Source of the DNA: a virus
Taxonomy: Duplodnaviria > Caudoviricetes
Length of the DNA: 27,330 bases
Direction: 5' to 3' (one strand)
IMG/VR virus record: IMGVR_UViG_3300035216_000727
Span: 1 to 27,330 of that record
Made by a program: the position numbers and the translations under genes. The notes under the pieces are model-generated. The model ran no database searches and was not told the origin of the DNA. It saw only the letters and a list, made by a program, of their open reading frames with translations. Shown here in pieces: positions 1 to 8,660 of the stretch; the stretch's first letter is position 1, and every line of letters starts with the position of its first letter.

Positions 1-1656
1 ATTGACCTAATCGAAAGGGTGAAGGATGGATTTGATTATCCAACTGATCCTACATTAAGACCAATTCTTAGTGTTCCTTCAATTTGTCAGGTGAAGGATA
101 TTGCAAGAATCGAAAGTATTGGAATTACAACTGGTGGTAGAGGATACCACGTTGCTCCAATTTTAAAAGTTATTGGAAATGACGATATTGATTTGGATGC
201 ATCAATTCAAGGTGGTTCTGTCACTAATGTTGTTATTACTAAGAATACTAGAAACTTGAGCGGTCCATTAAAAATTATTGCAACAAGAAACTCTAATGGG
301 TATGATATTGATGATATTGTTTATAATGAAAGTGAAAATAAAGTAACACTTGAACTTGTAAACTCAGATTCCCAAATCTATCCATTAAGTGGTGATTTCC
401 CATTCCAAATTGGTGATAGTATTTTTGTTGAAAATACTAGAATTTCTGACTCAGATGTTAAGAATGGATACAATTCTGAAGATTATAATCACAAATTTTT
501 TACTGTAAGTGGTGTTAGTACATCTAACTTTACAGTTACTTACTCAATGAATGGATTTGGAACAAATCTTGGTGATTATAATACTGATATTAATTATGGT
601 TATGTGGTTAATCAGAAAGATATTGCCACTTTCAAGATGAATATTATTGATGACCTTGGTTATTTCTCTGGTGAAAATGTTATTGGATATAATTCATCTA
701 ATCAGCAAGTATTTACTGCTAAGGTGATGGAAAGTGGTTGGGATAATGATATCAATCAGTTGAGATTAATTGATAGTAAAGGTTTACTAGAAACCGGAAA
801 TAAACTTTTAGGTTCTAGGTCTAGACTATTTGGTACAGTTCAGACTGCATCTCAATATAACCTTACATCTACCCTAGGAACTACTAGAGACAAAATTAAT
901 GACCTTAAAGATAATGCTGGTTACTTAAATGATTATCAGCAAAGAATTGCTGATAACCATTACTATCAAAAGTTTTCTTACGCACTAAAAACACAATTAT
1001 CTTACGATAGATGGAGAGAGTCTGTACGATCATTGGTTCATCCAGCAGGATTTAAAGAGTTCTCCGACCTTGATGTTATTTCCAATACATCTTCCACAGG
1101 ACAAAATATGAAGGTTGGTGTTGGAGACTCTTCATTGAGTGTTCTCATCAATGTAGATGGTGGTGGGTCTATGTATAGTAGGCCAAACTTTGCAATGGTA
1201 ACAGAAGATGAAGTTTTACCAAATGGTACTATTGAAAGAATCTTTTTCCCAGAAGGAGTAAATCTCAGACCATATATTCTCAATAAAACTAATAAAGTTC
1301 TTAAGATTGATGATATAAGTCCTCAATTTACTGGATTTAATACTAGTATTGGTGGCGGAATTGTTGGTTTAACAACATTCTCTTTAAAAAATAATGGGGA
1401 TGCTTTATTTTATAGAGAGTTTGATGGTGCCGTTGAAAAGAATTTTAATTTGAGTAATGATAGATTTACTTTTGAGAATCATAACTTCCAATCTGGACAA
1501 GAATTGAAGTATGTTACTAAAGATATTCTCAGGCCAGCAGTAGGAACTGCAACAACGTTTGTTGAAAACTCATTCTCTTATCCATCAGCATCAAGTACGA
1601 TTGATTCACCATTTGATAGTTACGATTCAACTACCAGAACATTCGATGAGAATTAA
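1..1656 (+). CDS. g7: Baseplate wedge initiator gp7-like protein, first segment (5' truncated by window edge)
   Basis: Frame 1 is open from base 1 (IDLIERVKDGFDYPTDPTLRP), so the GTG at 19 is probably internal. The motifs GFDYPTDPTLRP, QRIADNHYYQKFSYALK and SLVHPAGFKEFSDL are ones I recall from T4-like cyanophage gp7. It lies upstream of gp8. Confidence 0.75.
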   Translation: MDLIERVKDGFDYPTDPTLRPILSVPSICQVKDIARIESIGITTGGRGYHVAPILKVIGNDDIDLDASIQGGSVTNVVITKNTRNLSGPLKIIATRNSNGYDIDDIVYNESENKVTLELVNSDSQIYPLSGDFPFQIGDSIFVENTRISDSDVKNGYNSEDYNHKFFTVSGVSTSNFTVTYSMNGFGTNLGDYNTDINYGYVVNQKDIATFKMNIIDDLGYFSGENVIGYNSSNQQVFTAKVMESGWDNDINQLRLIDSKGLLETGNKLLGSRSRLFGTVQTASQYNLTSTLGTTRDKINDLKDNAGYLNDYQQRIADNHYYQKFSYALKTQLSYDRWRESVRSLVHPAGFKEFSDLDVISNTSSTGQNMKVGVGDSSLSVLINVDGGGSMYSRPNFAMVTEDEVLPNGTIERIFFPEGVNLRPYILNKTNKVLKIDDISPQFTGFNTSIGGGIVGLTTFSLKNNGDALFYREFDGAVEKNFNLSNDRFTFENHNFQSGQELKYVTKDILRPAVGTATTFVENSFSYPSASSTIDSPFDSYDSTTRTFDEN

Positions 1657-1658
1657 CA

Positions 1659-1666
1659 GATAAATA
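1659..1666 (+). promoter_or_regulatory. Putative T4-type late promoter (GATAAATA)
   Basis: 7/8 match to the gp55-dependent TATAAATA, intergenic, about 21 nt upstream of ATG 1688. Confidence 0.6.
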
Positions 1667-1687
1667 AAAGAAAAAGAATCGTGTGCA

Positions 1688-3103
1688 ATGGCGAAATTAG
1701 GAATAAACACTGGTGCCACTCCAAATGATGGTACTGGTGACTCATTATTGGGTGGTGCTATAAAGGTTAATTCCAATTTTGATGAGATTTACTCAGCATT
1801 AGGTGATGGTTCCACAATCACAAATTCCATCGACTACGCAGTTGTTGCTGGTTACTCTACTGCATCGGGTATTTCCACTTATGCATTAAATGCTGGGATA
1901 TCAACTTATGCTGATGCGGCAGGTATAGCAACTAATGCAACACTTGCTGCTACGGCAACATATGCTATAAATGCGGGTCTTTCCACAGAAGCAACAGTTG
2001 CTGGTGGTTTAAAAAGTACACCAAATATTACTGTTGGTATTATAACCGCATCTAGGATTGAATGTGAGGGTCAATTTATTACAGGTATTGTCACAACAAT
2101 TATTGCTGGTGACAATATTGGAATTGATACTAACTTTGGTCAAGTTACAATTAGTAATAATAAACCAGATGATTTCCCATCAAAGTGGGTTCAGTCAGGT
2201 GTTGGTATTCATACATTTGCCAATGTCGGTCTGAATACGAATAACCCTCTTGCTGATTTGCATTTACATAATGCTGCAATGAAGGCAACTGATGGAAGTT
2301 CTATTAGTTTAAATGATAATATTCCATTGAACTTTGGTTCATCTGGTGCTTCTGATTCTAGTTTATTTTTTGATGGAAATGACCTTATAATAAAATCAGG
2401 GTCAAAAGTTACACTTAAGGGAGCAAATACTAAACTACTTGATGCTGCTAATGCGGAAGGTGCAATCCTATATTACAATGGGGTAGAAAAACTTCAAATT
2501 CAAAGTCATGGAATTGATGTTACCGGAAAAGCAGAAATTTCTGGAGATATTAATGCAGTTGGTGTTGTAACTGCTAATCAGTTCCATGGTGATGGTTCAA
2601 ACCTAACTGCTCTTCGTGCTGAGCAACTTCAAGGAGGTCCTCTACCAGTCCTAGATGGTCAAGCACTGACTGGTATCGCAACAATGCGTTCCAAGGTCTC
2701 TGTAGCAGCAACTGCACTGGGTGTTATTCATACTGGTATTGGGTTTACCGAATTTGAAGCATATAATATGTACTCACTTTTAAAAATCGGTGTTAGTACA
2801 TCTAATGTTAGAGTTCGATTATATGCAGACATCGAGTCAAGAAATGATGATACTGGTAGGGCAGTTGGTGCTGCACACTCCACTAGTGTTCACTTAATTC
2901 ATGATGAATTTATTGGTGAAAGTGCCCAAGCATATAGCATTCTTGGAACCTATGGTAAGAGGCAAGTAATTGCACCAGCAGTTATTGGATTTAATATGGA
3001 AGATGGTGATAGAGATGGAAAAATTTATGCCACTTTTGATAACTTCACTGGTGTATCCACTGATGTCAATGCAATTCTAGAAATTGTAAGACTGGAATTT
3101 TGA
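1688..3103 (+). CDS. Baseplate-attached fibre protein with T4 gp9/gp10-like N-terminal domain
   Basis: The N-terminus MAKLGINTGATPNDGTGDSLLGGAIKVNSNFDEIY matches the gp9/gp10 N-terminal pattern (INxGxxxNDGTGDxLxxxxxKxNxNFxExY). It is followed by 9-residue YAxxAGIST repeats, a FHGDGSNLT fibre motif and a cyanophage fibre-type C-terminal domain (YSLLKI..VRLYAD..SR..P..IGFN). Confidence 0.75.
   Translation: MAKLGINTGATPNDGTGDSLLGGAIKVNSNFDEIYSALGDGSTITNSIDYAVVAGYSTASGISTYALNAGISTYADAAGIATNATLAATATYAINAGLSTEATVAGGLKSTPNITVGIITASRIECEGQFITGIVTTIIAGDNIGIDTNFGQVTISNNKPDDFPSKWVQSGVGIHTFANVGLNTNNPLADLHLHNAAMKATDGSSISLNDNIPLNFGSSGASDSSLFFDGNDLIIKSGSKVTLKGANTKLLDAANAEGAILYYNGVEKLQIQSHGIDVTGKAEISGDINAVGVVTANQFHGDGSNLTALRAEQLQGGPLPVLDGQALTGIATMRSKVSVAATALGVIHTGIGFTEFEAYNMYSLLKIGVSTSNVRVRLYADIESRNDDTGRAVGAAHSTSVHLIHDEFIGESAQAYSILGTYGKRQVIAPAVIGFNMEDGDRDGKIYATFDNFTGVSTDVNAILEIVRLEF
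1835..2008 (+). repeat. Degenerate ~9-aa tandem peptide repeat (YAxxAG[IL][SA]T), probable fibre stalk
   Basis: YAVVAGYST, YALNAGIST, YADAAGIAT, NATLAATAT, YAINAGLST and EATVAGG read directly in the translation. Confidence 0.75.
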
Positions 3104-3136
3104 TAATGAATAATAGTCAATAACGAGTAAAATAAT

Positions 3137-6100
3137 ATGAGAACAGTACCAGGCACTGGAGCACAGTTTACTCCAATCTTTAACTCTGACTATGGTGTAG
3201 AGTCCTTCGTTGTAGGGGCTGGTGGAACCGATTACGATCCATCAGACCCTCCAAAAATTGAGATTGATGATACTATTGTACCTTTAACTGAGGGTGTATT
3301 CTTCCCGATTATTAAAAGTGGAAAAATCGTAAGGATTGCTGTACTTGAAAAGGGATTTGGATACTCACCATTAATTGTTCCTGGTGGTATAAAGGTTGGT
3401 ATTGCAACTACTTCGTTCGTCGAAAGTTCCATTCTTGTTAGAACTGGAGTCGGTACTGAGGTCTCTGTTTCCGTTGCAAGTACAGCATCCCATGTCATTA
3501 TGGCAGTTGAGGGTAGTAGTGGATCTTCTATCCTGGAAAACGGTTATAATAAAACTATTAATCAAGCAGGATATGCTGGCACATCAGCACCAGTTGTACC
3601 AGATGGTACTAGTAATCAGAATATATTCTATGGATTTACTCATCCATTTGAATCATATGCAACTAGTGGTCTAGGAACTAATTCCAAATACAATGTATTC
3701 ATTGTTTATGATTCTGGTACTGGTAACGCAATATCTACATCTATTGTTTTACGTGAGGGTGGTAATGGGTATGCAGTAGGAGATACCGTATCTATTGCGG
3801 GAACATATATTGGTGGGGCAACCCCAGCAAATGACCTTTCATTTGATGTAAGTGCTGTTGCAAATACAAGAATTCTAGCACAGGCAAATAGTGTATATTC
3901 TGGTTTAGAGGCATCCACAATAGTTGGCAGTGGAACGAGTGCTGTATTTGATATTTCGAGAGATGGTTTTGGTGATATCGTTAGTATTGATGTTACTAAT
4001 GGTGGTGTTGGATATGCACTAACAAGTCTTCTGAAGATTGTAGGTACAGAAGTTGGTGGAGTGACACCTGCAGATGATATGTTCCTTTCACCAAAAGTTC
4101 TTGGTGCCAATGTGTTGCCAGAAAAACTATATGTTAGAAAATTAGATAATAATACATTTACTGTTTCTGGATTATCCACATCTTCAAGACTAGATATCAT
4201 AGAAGTTGGTGAGGGAGACCATTCAATTGAATATGTGGGGTCAGATGAAAGTACTATCATATCTATTGATAATATAGTCCAAAATTCACTCTATAGGAGA
4301 GACCTTGTAGTAGGATTATCACATACTATCGGATATACGAGCACCACGATTTATCTTACTGGAATTTCTTCTATAACTTCTCTCGATACAATTCAGGTTG
4401 GTTCTGAATTCTTTAAAATTAATTCTATAGGTATTGGTGCTACAAACGAGTTTGGAGTAACTAGGGGATACTTGGGTAGTAGACAGGATTACCATGCTGT
4501 TGGAACGGCAGTAACTATCCATAGAGGGGATTATAATATTGATGAAGATAAAATTCACTTCACTACCGCACCTTACGGTCCAATAGGACCAATTGGGTTA
4601 AAGGTTAACTCTTCATTTAGTGGAAGAGCGTTTAGTAGAAAATTTGATCCGGGAACTCCAAACGATAAAAATCTTATTTTTGACGATTTATCAACACAAT
4701 TTGTTGGAGCATCATCAACAGAATTTTTTCTCCAGTCTAATGAGCAATCTATTGTTGGCATATACACTGATACCAATACAGTTCTATCTAGTGGTATTGA
4801 TGTTAGCAATAATCCATTAGTGTTCATTAATAATATTCCTCAAATTTCTGGAACAGACTTTGTTATTGATTCTACCAGTGGTCAAAATAGAATTAAATTT
4901 ATATCTGGAACACCTTCAGCAGGTCAAATTATTAGGACTGGAATCACTAGTGGTATTGGATATGCACCATTAGTCGGTGCTGGTGCGACAGTATCAATTA
5001 CCAGTGGTCAAATTACTGATATTCATCTTAGAGGTTTTGGTGGTGGATATAGAAATCCACCAGAAATTTCAATAGATTCTGTTACAGGTACAGGTGCTTC
5101 ATTTACTTCTACAGTGGGTGCTGGTGGAACATTGACATCAATTAGTATAGTATCCGCAGGTAGTGGATATCCAGAACATCGTTATGCTGGTATATCAACA
5201 GCAAATTATGATCCAACTACAGGTGTATTAACAATTACATCTGTAGGTCATGGTATCGTATCTGGGGATACCATCAAGATTCCAAATAATAGTATCGTAT
5301 TTACTTGCACCTCTAATAATAATTCGAGCAACAATCCTTATCCACGTTCAACTGACCCTGCTGCTAATAGGTGGTTAACGGCAACTACAGTTGATGATGA
5401 TATAATTGAAGTTAACGTAGGAACATCCAATTTCGTATATTTTACTCCTACTGCTGCAGATTACAATTCTGCAACAGGATTGATGGAGTTGACGATTGGT
5501 AATCATAGTTTATCTGCTGGAACAAAAATTAAACTAGCAAATAACTCACTCACATTCACTTGTGATAAGGATAGTAATGCAACTCAACACACATATCCAC
5601 GTTCAACTGACCCATTCTATGATACTTCAATCAATATTGAGTCAGTATCTGCAACCACAATTACAATTAATGTAGGACAGGCTGCACCTGCTGATCAATA
5701 CGTTCATACATTTGTATCAGCAACATCTGGAGCAGTTATAACTGGTGGCAATTATCTCCATACATTTGTAAGTGCATCAACAAATGCATTGGTTATACAG
5801 GGCAACTCGGTAAAAGTTAACATTGGAATTCCATCAAACTACTTCTCAGTTCCATTAACATATGCTTCTGGTAGTAGTGGAAATGGTATTGGGGCAAAAG
5901 CAGATATAGCAGTTGGTAATAGTGGTGATATAATTTCATTCGTAATGTCAGACCCTGGTACTTATTATAGTGTTAAAGATGTTCTGACTCTCGATACATC
6001 ATCTAATGGGTTAGTTACCTCAACATCGGGTACATTCACTGAACTTTTAGTTGAAGTTGAAGAAATCCTGACTGACAAATTTAGTGGTTTCTATCCTGGT

Positions 6101-8617
6101 CAATTTATTCAATTTGATAGTGTTGAACGATTCTTCAATGGATCAAAGAAGAAATTTACTCTTACTGTTTCTCAAGGTGGAGAAACTGAAATATTGAGTC
6201 TCAAAGTAGACCCAACTAGTGACCTAGACCTAGCACAAAATATATTTGTCTATATTAATGATATTTTGCAAGCACCAAATCAATCATATGATTTTGATGG
6301 ATCTAGAATTGTATTTACAGAAGCACCTGTACCAAACTCTAAGTGTACAATATTGTTTTATAGGGGTTCTGATTTAGATGTTGAGCAAGTAGACCCACCA
6401 AGAACAATTAAAGAGGGTGATGGTGTTAGAATTGGAGATAATATTATTGATCCTAAGGACAGACCACAATTTGAACGTATCGTTAAGAAGATTATATCAT
6501 CAAATTCACTTGATACATTCACATATGATAGCATTGGAATTAATACAGACCCAAATTCTGAACGTCCGTTAAGTTGGATAAAACAAACAGAAGATAAGAT
6601 TATTAATGGTGTCCTTTATTCTAAGGCTAGACCAGACATCAAATCTCGTATTGAACCTACTGCAAAAGTAATTAAATCAGTAACCCCTGGTGAAAGTGAG
6701 ATTTATGTTGATAATGCATATCCACTTTTTGTTGACGTAGATAAACTATCGGAGGATATCAATAATATAAAAATTGTTGACACTGGTGAAATTAGATCTG
6801 CAATTTCCTCAGTAACGGTATCTTCTGCGTCTACAGCATCATCAGTTTCTATTATTGATGGTGGAATTGGATTTTATAGAAATTCAAGTCCTGTAGTTGC
6901 TATATCTTCAGCAGTTATAAGCATGAAGGACCCAATTTATGGTTGGGTTGGTATTTCAACTACATCTGGTATTTCTACTACCAATACATACAATGATATT
7001 GGTATTGGTGAACCAATCGTAGCAGTTGGTTCTAGTGGTGCTCTTGGAATTTCAACTAATGGTTTTGAGTGGGCAGAAGGATATATTGGATATGGCAATA
7101 CTATTAACTTCAATTCTGTTGCAGTTGCAGCAACTTCAAGATTCTTTATTGCCGGTGATGATGAGAAATTAGTTACTAACGTTGGACTAGGAACTGGATT
7201 TACCAGTTCGTGGACAGAAATAAGACTACTCAAAGAAACTGCTGTACTTGGTGTTCCACAACCAGTAATTACTTTTAGTACTTACGAGGGCAATTTTCAG
7301 TCAGTTTCTCATTCTTCTTTCCACAATACTAGTGTTGTTGTTGGTTCAAATAATGGTGTATTCAGTGGTGTTGGTATTGGAACAACTGCATTCTTTGAAA
7401 GAACTCCTGGAACTTTTGCTAACTATAATGCAGTAGCAACGAATGGTGGAGTTTATGTTATAGTTGGTGATAGTGGAACTATTCTTTACTCGTCTGATGG
7501 TGGATTCATTTGGGCACAAATTCCATCTGTACCATCATCCAGAACCTTCAAAGACGTAATTTGGACAGGAACTCAATTTGTATTGGTCGGTGAACATGCA
7601 AGTATATTCACTTCACCAGGAGGAACCACAAATTGGAGTAGAGTGGTTCCAAATATTACAGATCACATACACAAGATTAAGTATGAATACGGTGTATACG
7701 TTGCTGTAAATTCTGCTGGTCAACTCATATATTCTTTAGACCTTGAATATTGGACATATAGAGATACAAATCAAACACAAGTAGTTAGTGACATAGCATT
7801 TATCCCAGTCCCACCTCCTGCATTCTCAAGACCTGCATCTATGACTATTGTAAATGAGGATGGAAGATTTATCCTTGTTGGTGCTGGTGGAACAATTATG
7901 TATGCAGACCCCGTATATAATCGGGCAACTGCAAGTGCAAATTTAGTTAATGGTACGGTTGACAGTGTAGATATTGATAATCCTGGATTTGGTTATCTAA
8001 ATTCACCACCAATAATTATTGAGTCTGGAACTTCACTTCAAGAAGAAATATTCTCAATTAAGGCAGAAGGTGATTTTGGTGAAATTATTGAAGTTGGTGT
8101 CGGTAACTCATTCATTGACTTTAGACTCAAATCTGAAGAATATGATAATGCTACTCTAGGAATTGGTTATTCATCACTTAATGTATTTGGAATTTCAAAT
8201 TCACAACTTTCTGAAGGTGATTATTTTATAATTACTGATAGTAACTCTGAGATTGGTGCCGGTCTTGCATTAACGGGAATTACAACTAGTACTGGTGGAT
8301 TGAATAACTACGCAGAATCTGTTGTTGGTGTTGCTTATACAACTTTAAATGGCGTGTATAGAGCAGAAAGAGTCAGTGCTCCACATGCAGGAATAGTTAC
8401 TGTGAGATGCATGTTTGCATGGCAAAATGATGCCGCAATTCAAGTTAACGTAAATAATAACACTAACGGAATTCATGGTAAGTATTCCTGGGGAAGAATT
8501 TTTGATTTCCAAAATAGGGCAGTATTCTCACCAAAACATTTTTCTGTTGATACGAGTAACGGTCTAACTGGAATTTCAACTTCAGCAGAGGTCTTCAGAA
8601 CAAGAGGTCTAAAGTAA
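3137..8617 (+). CDS. g7: Baseplate wedge gp7-like protein, second segment (1826 aa), with inserted accessory domains
   Basis: Immediately upstream of gp8. Contains gp7-type modules (SIDNIVQ, IHFTTAPYG, FDDLSTQF, VYINDILQAP..YDFDGSRIVFTEAP, LFYRGS, TIKEGD, WIKQTEDKIINGVLYSKAR), many GGxGY repeats and the C-terminus GKYSWGRI...RTRGLK, which I recall as typical of the cyanophage gp7 end. Confidence 0.72.
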   Translation: MRTVPGTGAQFTPIFNSDYGVESFVVGAGGTDYDPSDPPKIEIDDTIVPLTEGVFFPIIKSGKIVRIAVLEKGFGYSPLIVPGGIKVGIATTSFVESSILVRTGVGTEVSVSVASTASHVIMAVEGSSGSSILENGYNKTINQAGYAGTSAPVVPDGTSNQNIFYGFTHPFESYATSGLGTNSKYNVFIVYDSGTGNAISTSIVLREGGNGYAVGDTVSIAGTYIGGATPANDLSFDVSAVANTRILAQANSVYSGLEASTIVGSGTSAVFDISRDGFGDIVSIDVTNGGVGYALTSLLKIVGTEVGGVTPADDMFLSPKVLGANVLPEKLYVRKLDNNTFTVSGLSTSSRLDIIEVGEGDHSIEYVGSDESTIISIDNIVQNSLYRRDLVVGLSHTIGYTSTTIYLTGISSITSLDTIQVGSEFFKINSIGIGATNEFGVTRGYLGSRQDYHAVGTAVTIHRGDYNIDEDKIHFTTAPYGPIGPIGLKVNSSFSGRAFSRKFDPGTPNDKNLIFDDLSTQFVGASSTEFFLQSNEQSIVGIYTDTNTVLSSGIDVSNNPLVFINNIPQISGTDFVIDSTSGQNRIKFISGTPSAGQIIRTGITSGIGYAPLVGAGATVSITSGQITDIHLRGFGGGYRNPPEISIDSVTGTGASFTSTVGAGGTLTSISIVSAGSGYPEHRYAGISTANYDPTTGVLTITSVGHGIVSGDTIKIPNNSIVFTCTSNNNSSNNPYPRSTDPAANRWLTATTVDDDIIEVNVGTSNFVYFTPTAADYNSATGLMELTIGNHSLSAGTKIKLANNSLTFTCDKDSNATQHTYPRSTDPFYDTSINIESVSATTITINVGQAAPADQYVHTFVSATSGAVITGGNYLHTFVSASTNALVIQGNSVKVNIGIPSNYFSVPLTYASGSSGNGIGAKADIAVGNSGDIISFVMSDPGTYYSVKDVLTLDTSSNGLVTSTSGTFTELLVEVEEILTDKFSGFYPGQFIQFDSVERFFNGSKKKFTLTVSQGGETEILSLKVDPTSDLDLAQNIFVYINDILQAPNQSYDFDGSRIVFTEAPVPNSKCTILFYRGSDLDVEQVDPPRTIKEGDGVRIGDNIIDPKDRPQFERIVKKIISSNSLDTFTYDSIGINTDPNSERPLSWIKQTEDKIINGVLYSKARPDIKSRIEPTAKVIKSVTPGESEIYVDNAYPLFVDVDKLSEDINNIKIVDTGEIRSAISSVTVSSASTASSVSIIDGGIGFYRNSSPVVAISSAVISMKDPIYGWVGISTTSGISTTNTYNDIGIGEPIVAVGSSGALGISTNGFEWAEGYIGYGNTINFNSVAVAATSRFFIAGDDEKLVTNVGLGTGFTSSWTEIRLLKETAVLGVPQPVITFSTYEGNFQSVSHSSFHNTSVVVGSNNGVFSGVGIGTTAFFERTPGTFANYNAVATNGGVYVIVGDSGTILYSSDGGFIWAQIPSVPSSRTFKDVIWTGTQFVLVGEHASIFTSPGGTTNWSRVVPNITDHIHKIKYEYGVYVAVNSAGQLIYSLDLEYWTYRDTNQTQVVSDIAFIPVPPPAFSRPASMTIVNEDGRFILVGAGGTIMYADPVYNRATASANLVNGTVDSVDIDNPGFGYLNSPPIIIESGTSLQEEIFSIKAEGDFGEIIEVGVGNSFIDFRLKSEEYDNATLGIGYSSLNVFGISNSQLSEGDYFIITDSNSEIGAGLALTGITTSTGGLNNYAESVVGVAYTTLNGVYRAERVSAPHAGIVTVRCMFAWQNDAAIQVNVNNNTNGIHGKYSWGRIFDFQNRAVFSPKHFSVDTSNGLTGISTSAEVFRTRGLK

Positions 8618-8631
8618 CTGCAAACTTGTCC

Positions 8632-8639
8632 ACTAAATA
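8632..8639 (+). promoter_or_regulatory. Putative late promoter (ACTAAATA)
   Basis: CTAAATA variant of the T4 late promoter in the intergenic gap, about 21 nt upstream of the gp8 ATG. Confidence 0.6.
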
Positions 8640-8660
8640 AAAGAAAACTATTCTAGTAAA

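Noticed and set aside
19-21. GTG start proposed by the ORF track for the first gene
   Set aside because: The frame is open from base 1 and the sequence is internal to a gp7-like protein, so the gene almost certainly starts upstream of the window.
1657-3136. Self-splicing intron or split intein as the explanation for the gp7 split
   Set aside because: The intervening DNA is fully occupied by a structural gene with short AT-rich gaps. No homing endonuclease motif, intron core or intein terminal signature was seen.
6940-7912. Photosystem II assembly factor Ycf48 as an auxiliary metabolic gene
   Set aside because: Only the generic propeller repeat is shared; it is an internal domain of a baseplate protein with no signal peptide.
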